A stretch of DNA of 64,000 nucleotides from Bdellovibrionales bacterium (GTDB lineage: Bacteria; Bdellovibrionota; Bdellovibrionia; Bdellovibrionales; UBA1609): the NCBI GenBank assembly GCA_965242515.1, contig OZ251448.1, forward strand, positions 1,300,692 to 1,364,691. The letters run 5' to 3'. Shown here in pieces: positions 20,992 to 30,112 of the stretch. The notes under the pieces are model-generated. The model did no database searches. It was not told where the DNA came from and saw only the letters and a program-made list of their open reading frames with translations. How positions within the stretch are numbered: position 1 is the first letter of the stretch; each line of letters starts with the position of its first letter. A program made the position numbers and the translations under genes.

Positions 20992-22107
20992 ATGAAAAAG
21001 CTAATTTTTATAATGTGTTTAATATATTTGCCTTTTGTTGCAGTTGGTGGGGTGGATGAAGACTTTGAAGATTTAGGTAATGAGCCTAAAAAAACTATAA
21101 TGCAAAAAGTTATCGCGGTATTTCAAGGAATGACTATTTCAAACTGGATAAATTATAAAAAAACTAAAAGAGCAAAAAATAAAGCTTTTAAGCAGATGAA
21201 TAGGTTAGTAGATAGCTGGTTAGATGATGGTTTATCAGGTAATGCGGTAGACATAGAGCTTGCGGGCGGTAAACAATCTGAAATAAAGATTGCGGGCGGT
21301 AAACAATTGGAAATAAAGATTGCAGTTGGCAAAGCTCCGTCTAAAGGGAATGCGACAGAAATAAAGCCTGCTAGAGCAGAGCCCTCTGTCGCTGGTAATG
21401 CGGTAGACATAGAGCTTGCGGGTGGTAAAGCACAATCTAAAAATGCGACAGAAATAAAGCCTGCTAGAGCAGAGCCCTCTGCCGCTGGTAATGCAGTAGA
21501 CACAGAGCTTGCCGGTGGATCTGTCGAGTCATTAAGTCCTAGAGGTAATGTTCCTGCTAGAGTAGAGTCCTCTGCCTCGGATAATGCAGTAGACACAGAG
21601 CTTGCCGGTGGATCTGTCGAGTCATTAAGTCCTAAAGGAAAGCAATTTACTCAAGAGGTTATGGATTATATGAAGCAGGTATCAGAAGGCTTTTCTTTAA
21701 ACTCATTAGAAGAAGATAGAGCTTTTATTGACCGTATGAATAAACAGCTTGAACCAGACAAAAGATATTATTTAATAGATAGTTGGGATTTTTTAAGCTT
21801 ACATTCTAGTCTAACGGATGCACTTTCTAAAGAAGCTGATAGTGCAAAAATTAAAGATATTTTTAAAATACTTTTAACCCCAGCGATAGAGGCTAAGAAC
21901 GAAGAACTTGTAGCTTATAAAGGAGCATTAATACTCCTTAAATTATTTAAGGGTGATTCTAAGCATAATTTTCTTTTGGAAAAGCATAAAGTAAAAGTCA
22001 TTAGTGCGATGTACAAAGTTATTAATGATACTATGAATAAAACAGCTGATAGTTGTCAAAGAAGCTTTAAAAAACCAGGCAATGCCATAGATCCAGAGCT
22101 TGCTTAA
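20992..22107 (+). CDS. secreted repeat protein (GNAVD[IT]ELAGG repeats), hypothetical
   Basis: ATG at 20992 preceded by AAGGAG. Signal peptide MKKLIFIMCLIYLPFVAVGG. Four GNAVD(I/T)ELAGG-type units (one starting DNAVD) and a related motif GNAIDPELA at the extreme C-terminus. Confidence 0.55.
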   Translation: MKKLIFIMCLIYLPFVAVGGVDEDFEDLGNEPKKTIMQKVIAVFQGMTISNWINYKKTKRAKNKAFKQMNRLVDSWLDDGLSGNAVDIELAGGKQSEIKIAGGKQLEIKIAVGKAPSKGNATEIKPARAEPSVAGNAVDIELAGGKAQSKNATEIKPARAEPSAAGNAVDTELAGGSVESLSPRGNVPARVESSASDNAVDTELAGGSVESLSPKGKQFTQEVMDYMKQVSEGFSLNSLEEDRAFIDRMNKQLEPDKRYYLIDSWDFLSLHSSLTDALSKEADSAKIKDIFKILLTPAIEAKNEELVAYKGALILLKLFKGDSKHNFLLEKHKVKVISAMYKVINDTMNKTADSCQRSFKKPGNAIDPELA

Positions 22108-22184
22108 AGTATGTATTTATAATTACTTTTGGTTTTTTTAAGGTTTAAGGTGCTTAAAGATATAAAAAAAATCCGTGAATAAGA

Positions 22185-23867
22185 TTATGGGGGATATATA
22201 ATATCCCCTATAATGTTGTTTGTGTGCCTTAGCCAATCAGCCCCTACATTAATAAGCCAATCGTACTCTCCATGTGGCTTTATTTGTAGCACTGGGTGAG
22301 TATTATTGCCATAAGTTTTATTTTTTTTAGGGTAGTTTTTATCGTAACCATAAGGTGTTTTTTTACAAGCTCTATCGGTATCAGAATACATAATATGCAA
22401 TGCCCCTATTTTATTTAGGGCAGTTTTTAAAGTAGAATCTATAGCAAGTGTTTTTTTAAATATTCTTTTTTTAAAAAGAATATTATCTTTTTTAAGAAGA
22501 ATTTTTATTTCTGGCGATAGTAAATGGTACATTGTGATTATTGGTGTTTTCAAAAGAAAGCCTTTGAGCCAAGTTACATGTTCATCATAATCTAAAGGGA
22601 TAGAACAAGGTTGATAAATATTTTTTTTTGTAAGCACTGCTAAAGTTAGTGTTTTTTTAGCTGGTAAGGTTATAATGTTATAATTTTTAACTTTTTGTAA
22701 AGAAGTGTTTTTTGTATTTACTTTCCAATAAACAGGATAACGCATGTGAGAGTAAAATATATTTTTTGTATAATGTATCTTATAAAAATGTACCATACTT
22801 TTCTTTTTAGAAAAGCCCTTAATAAGTACATGTATAGGAAAAGGGTTGGGGTTTTTGATTAAATAAGAATAAAGCGGAACTCCTTGATGTTTTTTCACTA
22901 ATGGGTATTGATTTTTTAAAGCTAACCAATCGTCTACACTATTAAAAAACATCTTTAATGTTACTTTAAAAGCTTTAATAGGATGCACTAATAAATTAAA
23001 AGTAAGTGACACAGCTATGATAGTATTTTTATGATAAGCCAGAATCCGACAGGCTTGAAGGGGGGTATTTTGAGAAAACAAATAGTTACTTAACACACTT
23101 TGAAACAAAACGGATAAAGGTATATTGTTTATTTGATCTTCCCCTTGTACCTTATAACTAGATACAGTAACATCTTTACAATGTAGTTTTAAAGAATCTA
23201 TGCTTTTATCCAAAAAGTTATTTTTTAATATATCAATGGAAGTAAAAGGTATTTTATCTAATAAAATATAAGGAAAGTCTTTTGTAACTTCTTTTCTTTT
23301 TAACAAAGGAGTGTTTGGTAAATATGTTTTTATTTTAATAAGATGTTTGTTTTCAATATTTGAAATAAGAGATTCTATATGAAATATGTGAGAACTCCCT
23401 TGAGGATTATGGCGGTACATAGCCTTAAAATTAAATCGGCATCTAACTAAGTTGTTTTTGTAGTTAGCTAATAGAACTTTTTTTGGTAGTAACTCTATAA
23501 GAGGTATAAATGTGGTTAAAGGCTTTTTGGTGACATAAATAATAGAATCTTTAAGAAGAGTGTTTGTTAAGGTGCAATTTGTGTGCACTTCCAACATAAT
23601 ATCTTTAAAATGAGGTATTTGAGAGTTTTTAAATACAATAACATCGTTAATAGATAAAGCTCTTTTTTTTTGTGCGAGCTGAGTAATAGGTATGGCAGAG
23701 TGTTTGTGTGTGGAATCTGTTAATACAGGCTCTGGTAAAGAAAGCACCTCATGGGTAAGTAAGTCTTCATCTTTTGGTAAGTAAGCCTTTATGAAAAGCC
23801 CCATATCCTTGCACGAAACTGAAAAAATCCCCACCAAAACCCATAAATATAAGCTCATTTTCTTCAT
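22185..23867 (-). CDS. hypothetical lipoprotein
   Basis: ORF 22185-23936. The internal starts M24/M27 give MKKMSLYLWVLVGIFSVSC (lipobox-like). No family recognised. Confidence 0.5.
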   Translation of the reverse strand: MKKMSLYLWVLVGIFSVSCKDMGLFIKAYLPKDEDLLTHEVLSLPEPVLTDSTHKHSAIPITQLAQKKRALSINDVIVFKNSQIPHFKDIMLEVHTNCTLTNTLLKDSIIYVTKKPLTTFIPLIELLPKKVLLANYKNNLVRCRFNFKAMYRHNPQGSSHIFHIESLISNIENKHLIKIKTYLPNTPLLKRKEVTKDFPYILLDKIPFTSIDILKNNFLDKSIDSLKLHCKDVTVSSYKVQGEDQINNIPLSVLFQSVLSNYLFSQNTPLQACRILAYHKNTIIAVSLTFNLLVHPIKAFKVTLKMFFNSVDDWLALKNQYPLVKKHQGVPLYSYLIKNPNPFPIHVLIKGFSKKKSMVHFYKIHYTKNIFYSHMRYPVYWKVNTKNTSLQKVKNYNIITLPAKKTLTLAVLTKKNIYQPCSIPLDYDEHVTWLKGFLLKTPIITMYHLLSPEIKILLKKDNILFKKRIFKKTLAIDSTLKTALNKIGALHIMYSDTDRACKKTPYGYDKNYPKKNKTYGNNTHPVLQIKPHGEYDWLINVGADWLRHTNNIIGDIIYPP

Positions 23868-23956
23868 AACAATAAGCTTTAAAGCAAAATCACATACCAC
23901 ATTTTTATAGGGCTTGTGTACCAAACCTCTCCACACCTTTTTTTGCTTTTTTTATC

Positions 23957-24142
23957 GGGTTGCAATGGCTTTTTAGGCACTCTAAAAGCCTTTTAAAAAG
24001 GGGTTGCATGGGCTTTTAGGCACTCTAAAAGCCTTTTAAAAAAGGGTGCATGGGCTTTTAGGCACTCTAAAAGCCTTTTAAAAAGGGGTTGCATGGGCTT
24101 TTAGGCACTCTAAAAGCCTTTTAAAAAAAGGGTGCATGGGTC
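23957..24142. repeat. 4.3 tandem copies of a 42-44 bp hairpin-containing unit
   Basis: The unit is GGGTTGCATGGGCTTTTAGGCACTCTAAAAGCCTTTTAAAAAG. Each copy carries a 9-bp stem GGCTTTTAG/CTAAAAGCC followed by TTTT on the plus strand. Confidence 0.85.
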
Positions 24143-24172
24143 TATTAATAGTGTTGTAATGTGACCGTTTTA

Positions 24173-24224
24173 TGTACAAAAAAGTGTCTTGTTTGTGTAC
24201 AAAAAAGTGTCCATTTTTTGTACA
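24173..24224. repeat. two direct copies of TGTACAAAAAAGTGTC plus an inverted partial copy
   Basis: Copies at 24173-24188 and 24196-24211, then ATTTTTTGTACA. Related GTACAAAA/TGTCCAAAA motifs occur in the leaders of both Rpn genes. Confidence 0.6.
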
Positions 24225-24249
24225 TTATGAATAATGGTGTTGGTTTTTT

Positions 24250-25179
24250 TTACGAAAGCTTAAAAAACTTGCGAGGTTTATAATGTATGAGTACTACTAA
24301 TGGGGTTGCCACATAAATAGATGAATAAGTACCAATCACCACTCCTACCCCTAAAGTAAAAGCAAAATCTTTAATCACACCATCGGTAAAAAACCACATC
24401 ACTCCCACTGCTAAAAGGGTGGTTAAAGAAGTTAAAAGTGTTCGAGAGAGTACATCGTTAATCGACCTATTGCAAATAGCTAAAAAAGATTCTCTTTTAT
24501 TATAAAAGTCGTTATTTTCTCTAATACGATCAAAAGTGACGATCGTATCGTTTAATGAATAACCAATAATGGCAAGTAGTGCAGCTAAAGTTTGTACATT
24601 AACTACTAAATCAAAAATAGTAAAAATCCACATAGTCCATACCGCATCGTGAAATAAACATATTACAGAAGCCGGGGCATACTTATAATCAAACCTTAAA
24701 CCAACATAAATTAAAATCATAATTAAACTGTAAAGAATGGCTAATAACCCCTTTTTTCTTAACTCTTTTCCAATTTGAGGGCCTACCGAATCTACCCTTC
24801 TTATTTCAACCCCTTGGTCTTTATAATCCTTTTTTAAAGAACTCACTAATTTCTCTACAGCTTGAAAGCGGTTTTTTTGATGAGAAGAGTTTTGTTTTTT
24901 TGAGCTAGAATCTACTAAAATTAAAAATTCATTTTCTGCACCAAAAGTTTGAACCGAAGGTTTTAAAAATCCATGGCTTCCCACATAAGCTCTTAAATCT
25001 TCTACCGCTGGGGGGTGTTGAAAACGGATTTGGATTTCATTCCCACCTGCAAAATCAATACCATAGTTAAAACCCTTAAAGACAATCCAAACAAATGCCA
25101 TTCCTGCTAGTAATAACGATAATGTCACCACCCACGGAGCAGATGATAAAAAATCAAATTGTTTTTTTTGTGCATTCAT
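24250..25179 (-). CDS. secF: protein translocase subunit SecF
   Basis: 309 aa, six TM, and NDTIVTFDRIRENN motif. Confidence 0.9.
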   Translation of the reverse strand: MNAQKKQFDFLSSAPWVVTLSLLLAGMAFVWIVFKGFNYGIDFAGGNEIQIRFQHPPAVEDLRAYVGSHGFLKPSVQTFGAENEFLILVDSSSKKQNSSHQKNRFQAVEKLVSSLKKDYKDQGVEIRRVDSVGPQIGKELRKKGLLAILYSLIMILIYVGLRFDYKYAPASVICLFHDAVWTMWIFTIFDLVVNVQTLAALLAIIGYSLNDTIVTFDRIRENNDFYNKRESFLAICNRSINDVLSRTLLTSLTTLLAVGVMWFFTDGVIKDFAFTLGVGVVIGTYSSIYVATPLVVLIHYKPRKFFKLS

Positions 25180-25182
25180 AAG

Positions 25183-26880
25183 CTATAAACTCTTGATCGA
25201 AAAACGATTGATTAAAGATGTTAAAAAAGTGCGAGAGACAAATACCGCTGTAAAAAGTGAAGTAACAATACCACAAAATAAAGTAACGGCAAAACCCCTA
25301 ATAGGTCCTGTTCCAAAAGACATTAAAATCACACACACAATAGCTGTTGTAATATTGGCATCTAAAATAGCAGATAAGGCATACCTGTAACCATCCTTAA
25401 CCGCAAGCAGAAGGGACGAGCCTTTTTTTAATTCTTCTTTTAACCTTTCGTAAATAATAACATTAGCATCTACTGCCATACCAATAGTCAATATAATACC
25501 AGCCACACCCGGTAAAGTAAGTACTGCCCCTAAAGAAGTAAGAATAGCTAATAAAAATAATATATTTAATCCTAAAGCAAGGTTAGCCACTAAGCCTAAT
25601 AGGCGGTAATAAAAAAACATAAAAATAACCACCACTAAGCCCGCAATCCAACCTGCCATTTTTCCTTTTTGAATAGAGTCTCTTCCTAAAGTAGGACCCA
25701 CAGTACGCTCTTCCATTTTAAATAATTGAGCGGGTAATGCCCCTGCTCGTAAAATGGTGGCAATGGTTTCAGCCTCTTGCCTAATGTCCGGGCTTCTACC
25801 TAAATCAATACTGCCTCTATCAGATATGCGACTTTTAATCACTGGCATGGATTTTAACTCTTTATCTAAAATAATAGCTAAAGGTTTGCCAATATTACTG
25901 CCTGTGAGTTCTGAAAATACTTTGCGACCTGCTACATCAATATGAAATAACACTTCTGGATTACCAAAATCATTTACCCCGACAAAGGCTGTTTGTAAAA
26001 TATCGCCCGTGGTACCACTATCTGTACGCACTAATACTGGCACTTTCCCCGCTCTTAAGCTATTGCTACCACCTGCTTTTTGAAACACCAGAGTGTGCCC
26101 TGCCGGTATTTTGTCTTTTAAATCAGCATTAATTTTTTTTACATAGCTAAGGTAAGATAATTGGTCGTTAAGTAAATATTGACCTTTTTTTTCGGCATCA
26201 CTTACCCATTTTATTAAATCAGGGGTTTTAACTTCTGTGTTGACAAGGCGAAACTCTAATTGAGCTGTGCGTTGTATAATATCTCTGGCAGAAGTGGCAT
26301 CTTTCACTCCCGGTAGTTGCACCAAAACCCTATCTTCTCCCTGGGCTGTAATAATAGGCTCGCTTACTCCAAACTCATCAATACGGCGTCTAATAACCTC
26401 TACCACTTGAGCAATAATGCTTTTTCTAAGACGAATAAGCTCTAACTCATTATAACCTAATACGATTTTATGATCCGAGCTACTTAATACCCTTAACGGC
26501 ACTCCCCCTAGTAGGGTACCTGTATATTGTTTTTGAAGTACTTTTTGAGCTTTTAAAGTGTCTGATTGCTTGAGATTTAAAATCATCTGCCCTTGGGCTT
26601 TTTTTGAGATGGTAAGAGATTCAACTTCTATTTGGTGTTTTTTTAAAACTTTTTTTAAATCGGTGGTAAAGCTTGATAGTTTATCGTAAATGGCTTCATT
26701 TACTTTTACCCCCATAACTAAGTGTAAGCCTCCTTGAATATCTAAGCCGTAAATAAGCCGATTTTTAGAAAACCACCACTCATCTTTTTGAAATCTGTAA
26801 AAATTAGGCATCATCCATATCATGGCTATTAAAAAAGTAACCACAACTAAAGATAAGCGAATGTTGTTATTTTCAAACAT
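25183..26880 (-). CDS. secD: protein translocase subunit SecD
   Basis: 565 aa. Large periplasmic loop and GIILTIGMAVDANVIIYERLKEE motif. 3-nt gap to secF. Confidence 0.9.
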   Translation of the reverse strand: MFENNNIRLSLVVVTFLIAMIWMMPNFYRFQKDEWWFSKNRLIYGLDIQGGLHLVMGVKVNEAIYDKLSSFTTDLKKVLKKHQIEVESLTISKKAQGQMILNLKQSDTLKAQKVLQKQYTGTLLGGVPLRVLSSSDHKIVLGYNELELIRLRKSIIAQVVEVIRRRIDEFGVSEPIITAQGEDRVLVQLPGVKDATSARDIIQRTAQLEFRLVNTEVKTPDLIKWVSDAEKKGQYLLNDQLSYLSYVKKINADLKDKIPAGHTLVFQKAGGSNSLRAGKVPVLVRTDSGTTGDILQTAFVGVNDFGNPEVLFHIDVAGRKVFSELTGSNIGKPLAIILDKELKSMPVIKSRISDRGSIDLGRSPDIRQEAETIATILRAGALPAQLFKMEERTVGPTLGRDSIQKGKMAGWIAGLVVVIFMFFYYRLLGLVANLALGLNILFLLAILTSLGAVLTLPGVAGIILTIGMAVDANVIIYERLKEELKKGSSLLLAVKDGYRYALSAILDANITTAIVCVILMSFGTGPIRGFAVTLFCGIVTSLFTAVFVSRTFLTSLINRFSIKSL

Positions 26881-26947
26881 AAAAATATCCCTAACATTAT
26901 TTAATCAAATAGTCTATAAAATAAGACATTTTAAGGATTATGAGAAA

Positions 26948-28132
26948 ATGTTTTATTTTTTAGGTAAAGCTCCTCCATCAAAATCGCTTTTTTTGAGGGG
27001 CTTAATAACGCAAAGTTACTTTTCCGATTTCCAAATCCTCTCTCAATCTCAGGCTCAAGATGTGCTCAACCTTCAAAAAGCTCTGCAACATATCCAAAAC
27101 CCCTCCCTCGCAGGTGCTATAGATTGTCAGAATGGAGCTGCTGTTTTCCGGTTTTTAGCCCTGCGTGCAAGTAGAGTGAAAGGGTGTTTTGTACTTACAG
27201 GCTCACCCCTGCTTTTTGAAAGACCTATTTCAGAACTCCTATCCATATTAAGGCAATTAGGAGCAAAGGTAAAAGTACAAAATAACCAACTTATTATAGA
27301 TAGTAGCGGGTGGAAGCCTGCAGGTGATGCCTTGACTGTTTCTACCCACAGATCCAGTCAATTTGCCAGTGCTGTAATACTTAATTGCTGGGGTTTAAAT
27401 AAAGATATTTTTATCAGCTTAGAAGGGGGGACTACTCCATCTTATGCTTACTTTCAGATGACACTTTCTTTTTTACGATTGATGGGTATGGATATTCAAG
27501 GGGGAGATAAAGAATTTTACATCCCAGCAGGACAAAAGCTTAAAAAAAAACACTATACAGTAGAACAAGATATGAGCTGTTTGTTTGCTGTATCTGCCTT
27601 GTGTGCCACGGGTGGGCAGGTGTTGTTGCAAGACTTCCCAGACGAAAGCTTGCAACCGGACTTTTTATTTCCTCAAATATTAAAAGATATGGGATTTTTA
27701 ATAGAAAAAAAACAATCTACTTTAAAAATTCAAGCTGGAAAACTTTTACAAGCGATAAATGTTAATTTAAAAAATACACCCGATTTGTTTCCTGTTTTAA
27801 GTGTTCTTTGTGCTTTAGCCAAAGGGCAAAGCCGGCTTTCCGGGGCTTACCATTTACATTATAAAGAATCCGATCGTATTAAAGAAACAGCAAAGCTTTT
27901 AAAAAGCATTAACTGCCCTGTAAAAGTATTAAAAGATGGTCTGGGCATCACAGGTCCTGTTGATTTAAAACACTTAGCAAAACCCTCTCAAACTATTGTA
28001 TGTGACCCTAAAGAAGATCATCGGATAGCCATGGCGGCTGGGGTTTTACAAAAAATAGGGGTGGCAGTAAAAATACTTAAACCAGAAGTGGTTAATAAAA
28101 GCTTTCCTAATTTTTGGCAGATTTGTAGGTAA
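26948..28132 (+). CDS. aroA: 3-phosphoshikimate 1-carboxyvinyltransferase (EPSP synthase)
   Basis: GKAPPSKSLFLRGLI (PGSKS-type N-terminal motif) and KEDHRIAMAAGV. Start moved from 26822 to the ATG at 26948 to avoid overlap with secD. Confidence 0.85.
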   Translation: MFYFLGKAPPSKSLFLRGLITQSYFSDFQILSQSQAQDVLNLQKALQHIQNPSLAGAIDCQNGAAVFRFLALRASRVKGCFVLTGSPLLFERPISELLSILRQLGAKVKVQNNQLIIDSSGWKPAGDALTVSTHRSSQFASAVILNCWGLNKDIFISLEGGTTPSYAYFQMTLSFLRLMGMDIQGGDKEFYIPAGQKLKKKHYTVEQDMSCLFAVSALCATGGQVLLQDFPDESLQPDFLFPQILKDMGFLIEKKQSTLKIQAGKLLQAINVNLKNTPDLFPVLSVLCALAKGQSRLSGAYHLHYKESDRIKETAKLLKSINCPVKVLKDGLGITGPVDLKHLAKPSQTIVCDPKEDHRIAMAAGVLQKIGVAVKILKPEVVNKSFPNFWQICR

Positions 28133-28141
28133 TGTAACATT

Positions 28142-30088
28142 ATGATTTATCTTATTATAGGGCAAAAAGGAGTGGGTAAAACCCACTGGTTAAAAAAAAT
28201 AGCAAAACTTAAAGATCAAACACTAGTGACGAATAGCCATTACATAGATTTAGATGAATATATTACACAATATACAAAAAAACCACTTCATAAGTTAATA
28301 GATAACACAGCTCAAAAACAAAAACGCTTTAGACAAATAGAAAAAAAACTACTTTATCAACTGATTAAAAAATATCAAGGGCTTAAAAACCCCGTGTTTA
28401 TTGCAATTGGAGCAGGTTGGAGGCAAAAACTTCATAAAAAAATACTATCTTTTTGCCATGTTATTCACTTGGAAAGAGAAACAGACCCTAAGGGCAGAGT
28501 GTTTTTAAATAAACCCCGTTTATCTCAAAACCCCCCTTTTTTAGAATACCAAAACCTTTATAAAAAAAGAAATGCTTTTTATCGTTCCATAAAAGATGAA
28601 AGCTTAGTTCTACCTGAATACGACTTTACGACGGATTTAGAAAAGGTTTTTTTTAACACTAACAAGTTATCTTTAAAAGCATCTATTACTTTAAACAGAG
28701 GTACTTTACCTAAAGCTTCAAACAAATGGTCTGGTTTTATTAATAAAAGGCTTAACTGGGGCTTAAGATTTTTTGAACTACGAGATGATGAGTGGTCTAA
28801 AAACTCTTTTCTTTTAAATAAATTGCTTCATATCATCCCTAAAAAAAATCAATTACTTAGCTTAAGAGGAGGAAGTGGGTTTTTAACCAAGTGCTATAAA
28901 GGGGTTGTGTGGGATTGGGCTTTAGAGGAGTCCCCTCCCTCGCTAGATTTAACCCCTCCTGTGGTGTCTTTACATCAAAGGGGGAGTGATAGCTTTTATC
29001 AGTGCTGTAAAAAACTTTCTTCTTTTAAAGCCTGCCATTTGAAATTAGCCGTACCTGTTGATAATTTTACAGAGCTTTTGCAAGGTCATAAGTGGTTTTT
29101 AAAAGATCCAAAAAATAGATCTTTTTTACCCCTATCAGATGGTGGTGGTAAGAGGCACTCTTTGACAGGTGCTTGGCGGTGGTACCGGCAAATATTTGGG
29201 GCTAAAATGTATCTTAATTTTATAAGAGAATCTTTAAATGATGTAGCTGATAAACCTTTTCTTCATGAAGTTATTGTACCCTATCGACAAACAAAATCTT
29301 TTTCTTATGGAGCTGTGTTAGGCTACCCTATCAATCATTCTGCAAGTCCTGCTTTTTATAACCGGCAAACTTTTTTAAACCGCAAAATGTTTTTTACGAA
29401 AATTCCGGTGTTAGAAAAAGCATTCACAAAAAAAACTTTAAATATTTTAAAACAATTAAATTTTAAGTGCTTGGCTATTACTTCTCCGTTAAAGAAAAAA
29501 GCTTTTTTGTTATGCGATAAAAACAAATATTCTCAGATCTTTCAATCCATAAATACTCTTGTGTTACATAACAAACAAATCATAGGATATAATACAGATG
29601 CAGTTGGAGTAAAAAAATTATTTAAAATAGCAGATATAAAATCTCATCCACCTATCGCTGTTTGGGGAGGAGGGGGGATGAAAAGTATTTTAAAACACAC
29701 ATTAAAAGCTGATTTTTATTCTGCAAGAACAGGTCGCTACACTAATAGTCGCACTGATAATCGCACTGATAATCGCACTGGTAGTCGCACTGGTAATTGC
29801 ATTGGCAATTCATCTGATAAGTATGACAAGCACCTCCCCCAGCAGCATTACTATGCCGTGGTGTGGGCTGTGGGAAGGGGGCGAATGGGGCAGTGCTTGT
29901 TTCCCCCCAGCTCTTGGAAGCCTCAAATAGTGGTGGATTTGAATTATACAGCAGATTCTCCAGGTTTAGAGTATGCTCTTTTAACAGGGGCTAAATATAT
30001 TTCAGGTAGTGTGATGTTTCAAGCACAGGCTCTTCGCCAAAAAGAGATTTTTTTGAAGTTTTTAAAAAACAGCTGGAAAAACTTTTAA
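28142..30088 (+). CDS. fused shikimate kinase / type I 3-dehydroquinate dehydratase / shikimate dehydrogenase
   Basis: N-terminal P-loop IIGQKGVGKTH (AroK-like). Middle segment FFELRDDEW...CHLKLAVPVDNFTELL (AroD type I-like). C-terminal GAVLGYPINHSASPAFYN, ITSPLKKKAF and INTLV..GYNTDAVGV (AroE). Confidence 0.75.
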   Translation: MIYLIIGQKGVGKTHWLKKIAKLKDQTLVTNSHYIDLDEYITQYTKKPLHKLIDNTAQKQKRFRQIEKKLLYQLIKKYQGLKNPVFIAIGAGWRQKLHKKILSFCHVIHLERETDPKGRVFLNKPRLSQNPPFLEYQNLYKKRNAFYRSIKDESLVLPEYDFTTDLEKVFFNTNKLSLKASITLNRGTLPKASNKWSGFINKRLNWGLRFFELRDDEWSKNSFLLNKLLHIIPKKNQLLSLRGGSGFLTKCYKGVVWDWALEESPPSLDLTPPVVSLHQRGSDSFYQCCKKLSSFKACHLKLAVPVDNFTELLQGHKWFLKDPKNRSFLPLSDGGGKRHSLTGAWRWYRQIFGAKMYLNFIRESLNDVADKPFLHEVIVPYRQTKSFSYGAVLGYPINHSASPAFYNRQTFLNRKMFFTKIPVLEKAFTKKTLNILKQLNFKCLAITSPLKKKAFLLCDKNKYSQIFQSINTLVLHNKQIIGYNTDAVGVKKLFKIADIKSHPPIAVWGGGGMKSILKHTLKADFYSARTGRYTNSRTDNRTDNRTGSRTGNCIGNSSDKYDKHLPQQHYYAVVWAVGRGRMGQCLFPPSSWKPQIVVDLNYTADSPGLEYALLTGAKYISGSVMFQAQALRQKEIFLKFLKNSWKNF

Positions 30089-30112
30089 AAACACGGCATT
30101 TTAAAACATACT

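Noticed and set aside
21153-21596. Minus-strand ORFs 21153-21596 and 21235-21435
   Set aside because: They are antisense to the GNAVDxELAGG repeat region. The plus-strand gene has the SD, a signal peptide and a non-repeat C-terminal domain.
23957-24142. Possible CRISPR array
   Set aside because: The units are directly tandem with no unique spacers, and no cas genes are present. This is a plain tandem repeat.
26822-26947. N-terminal extension of aroA back to 26822
   Set aside because: It would overlap the secD start region on the opposite strand by 59 nt. Conserved EPSP-synthase sequence begins just after the ATG at 26948.
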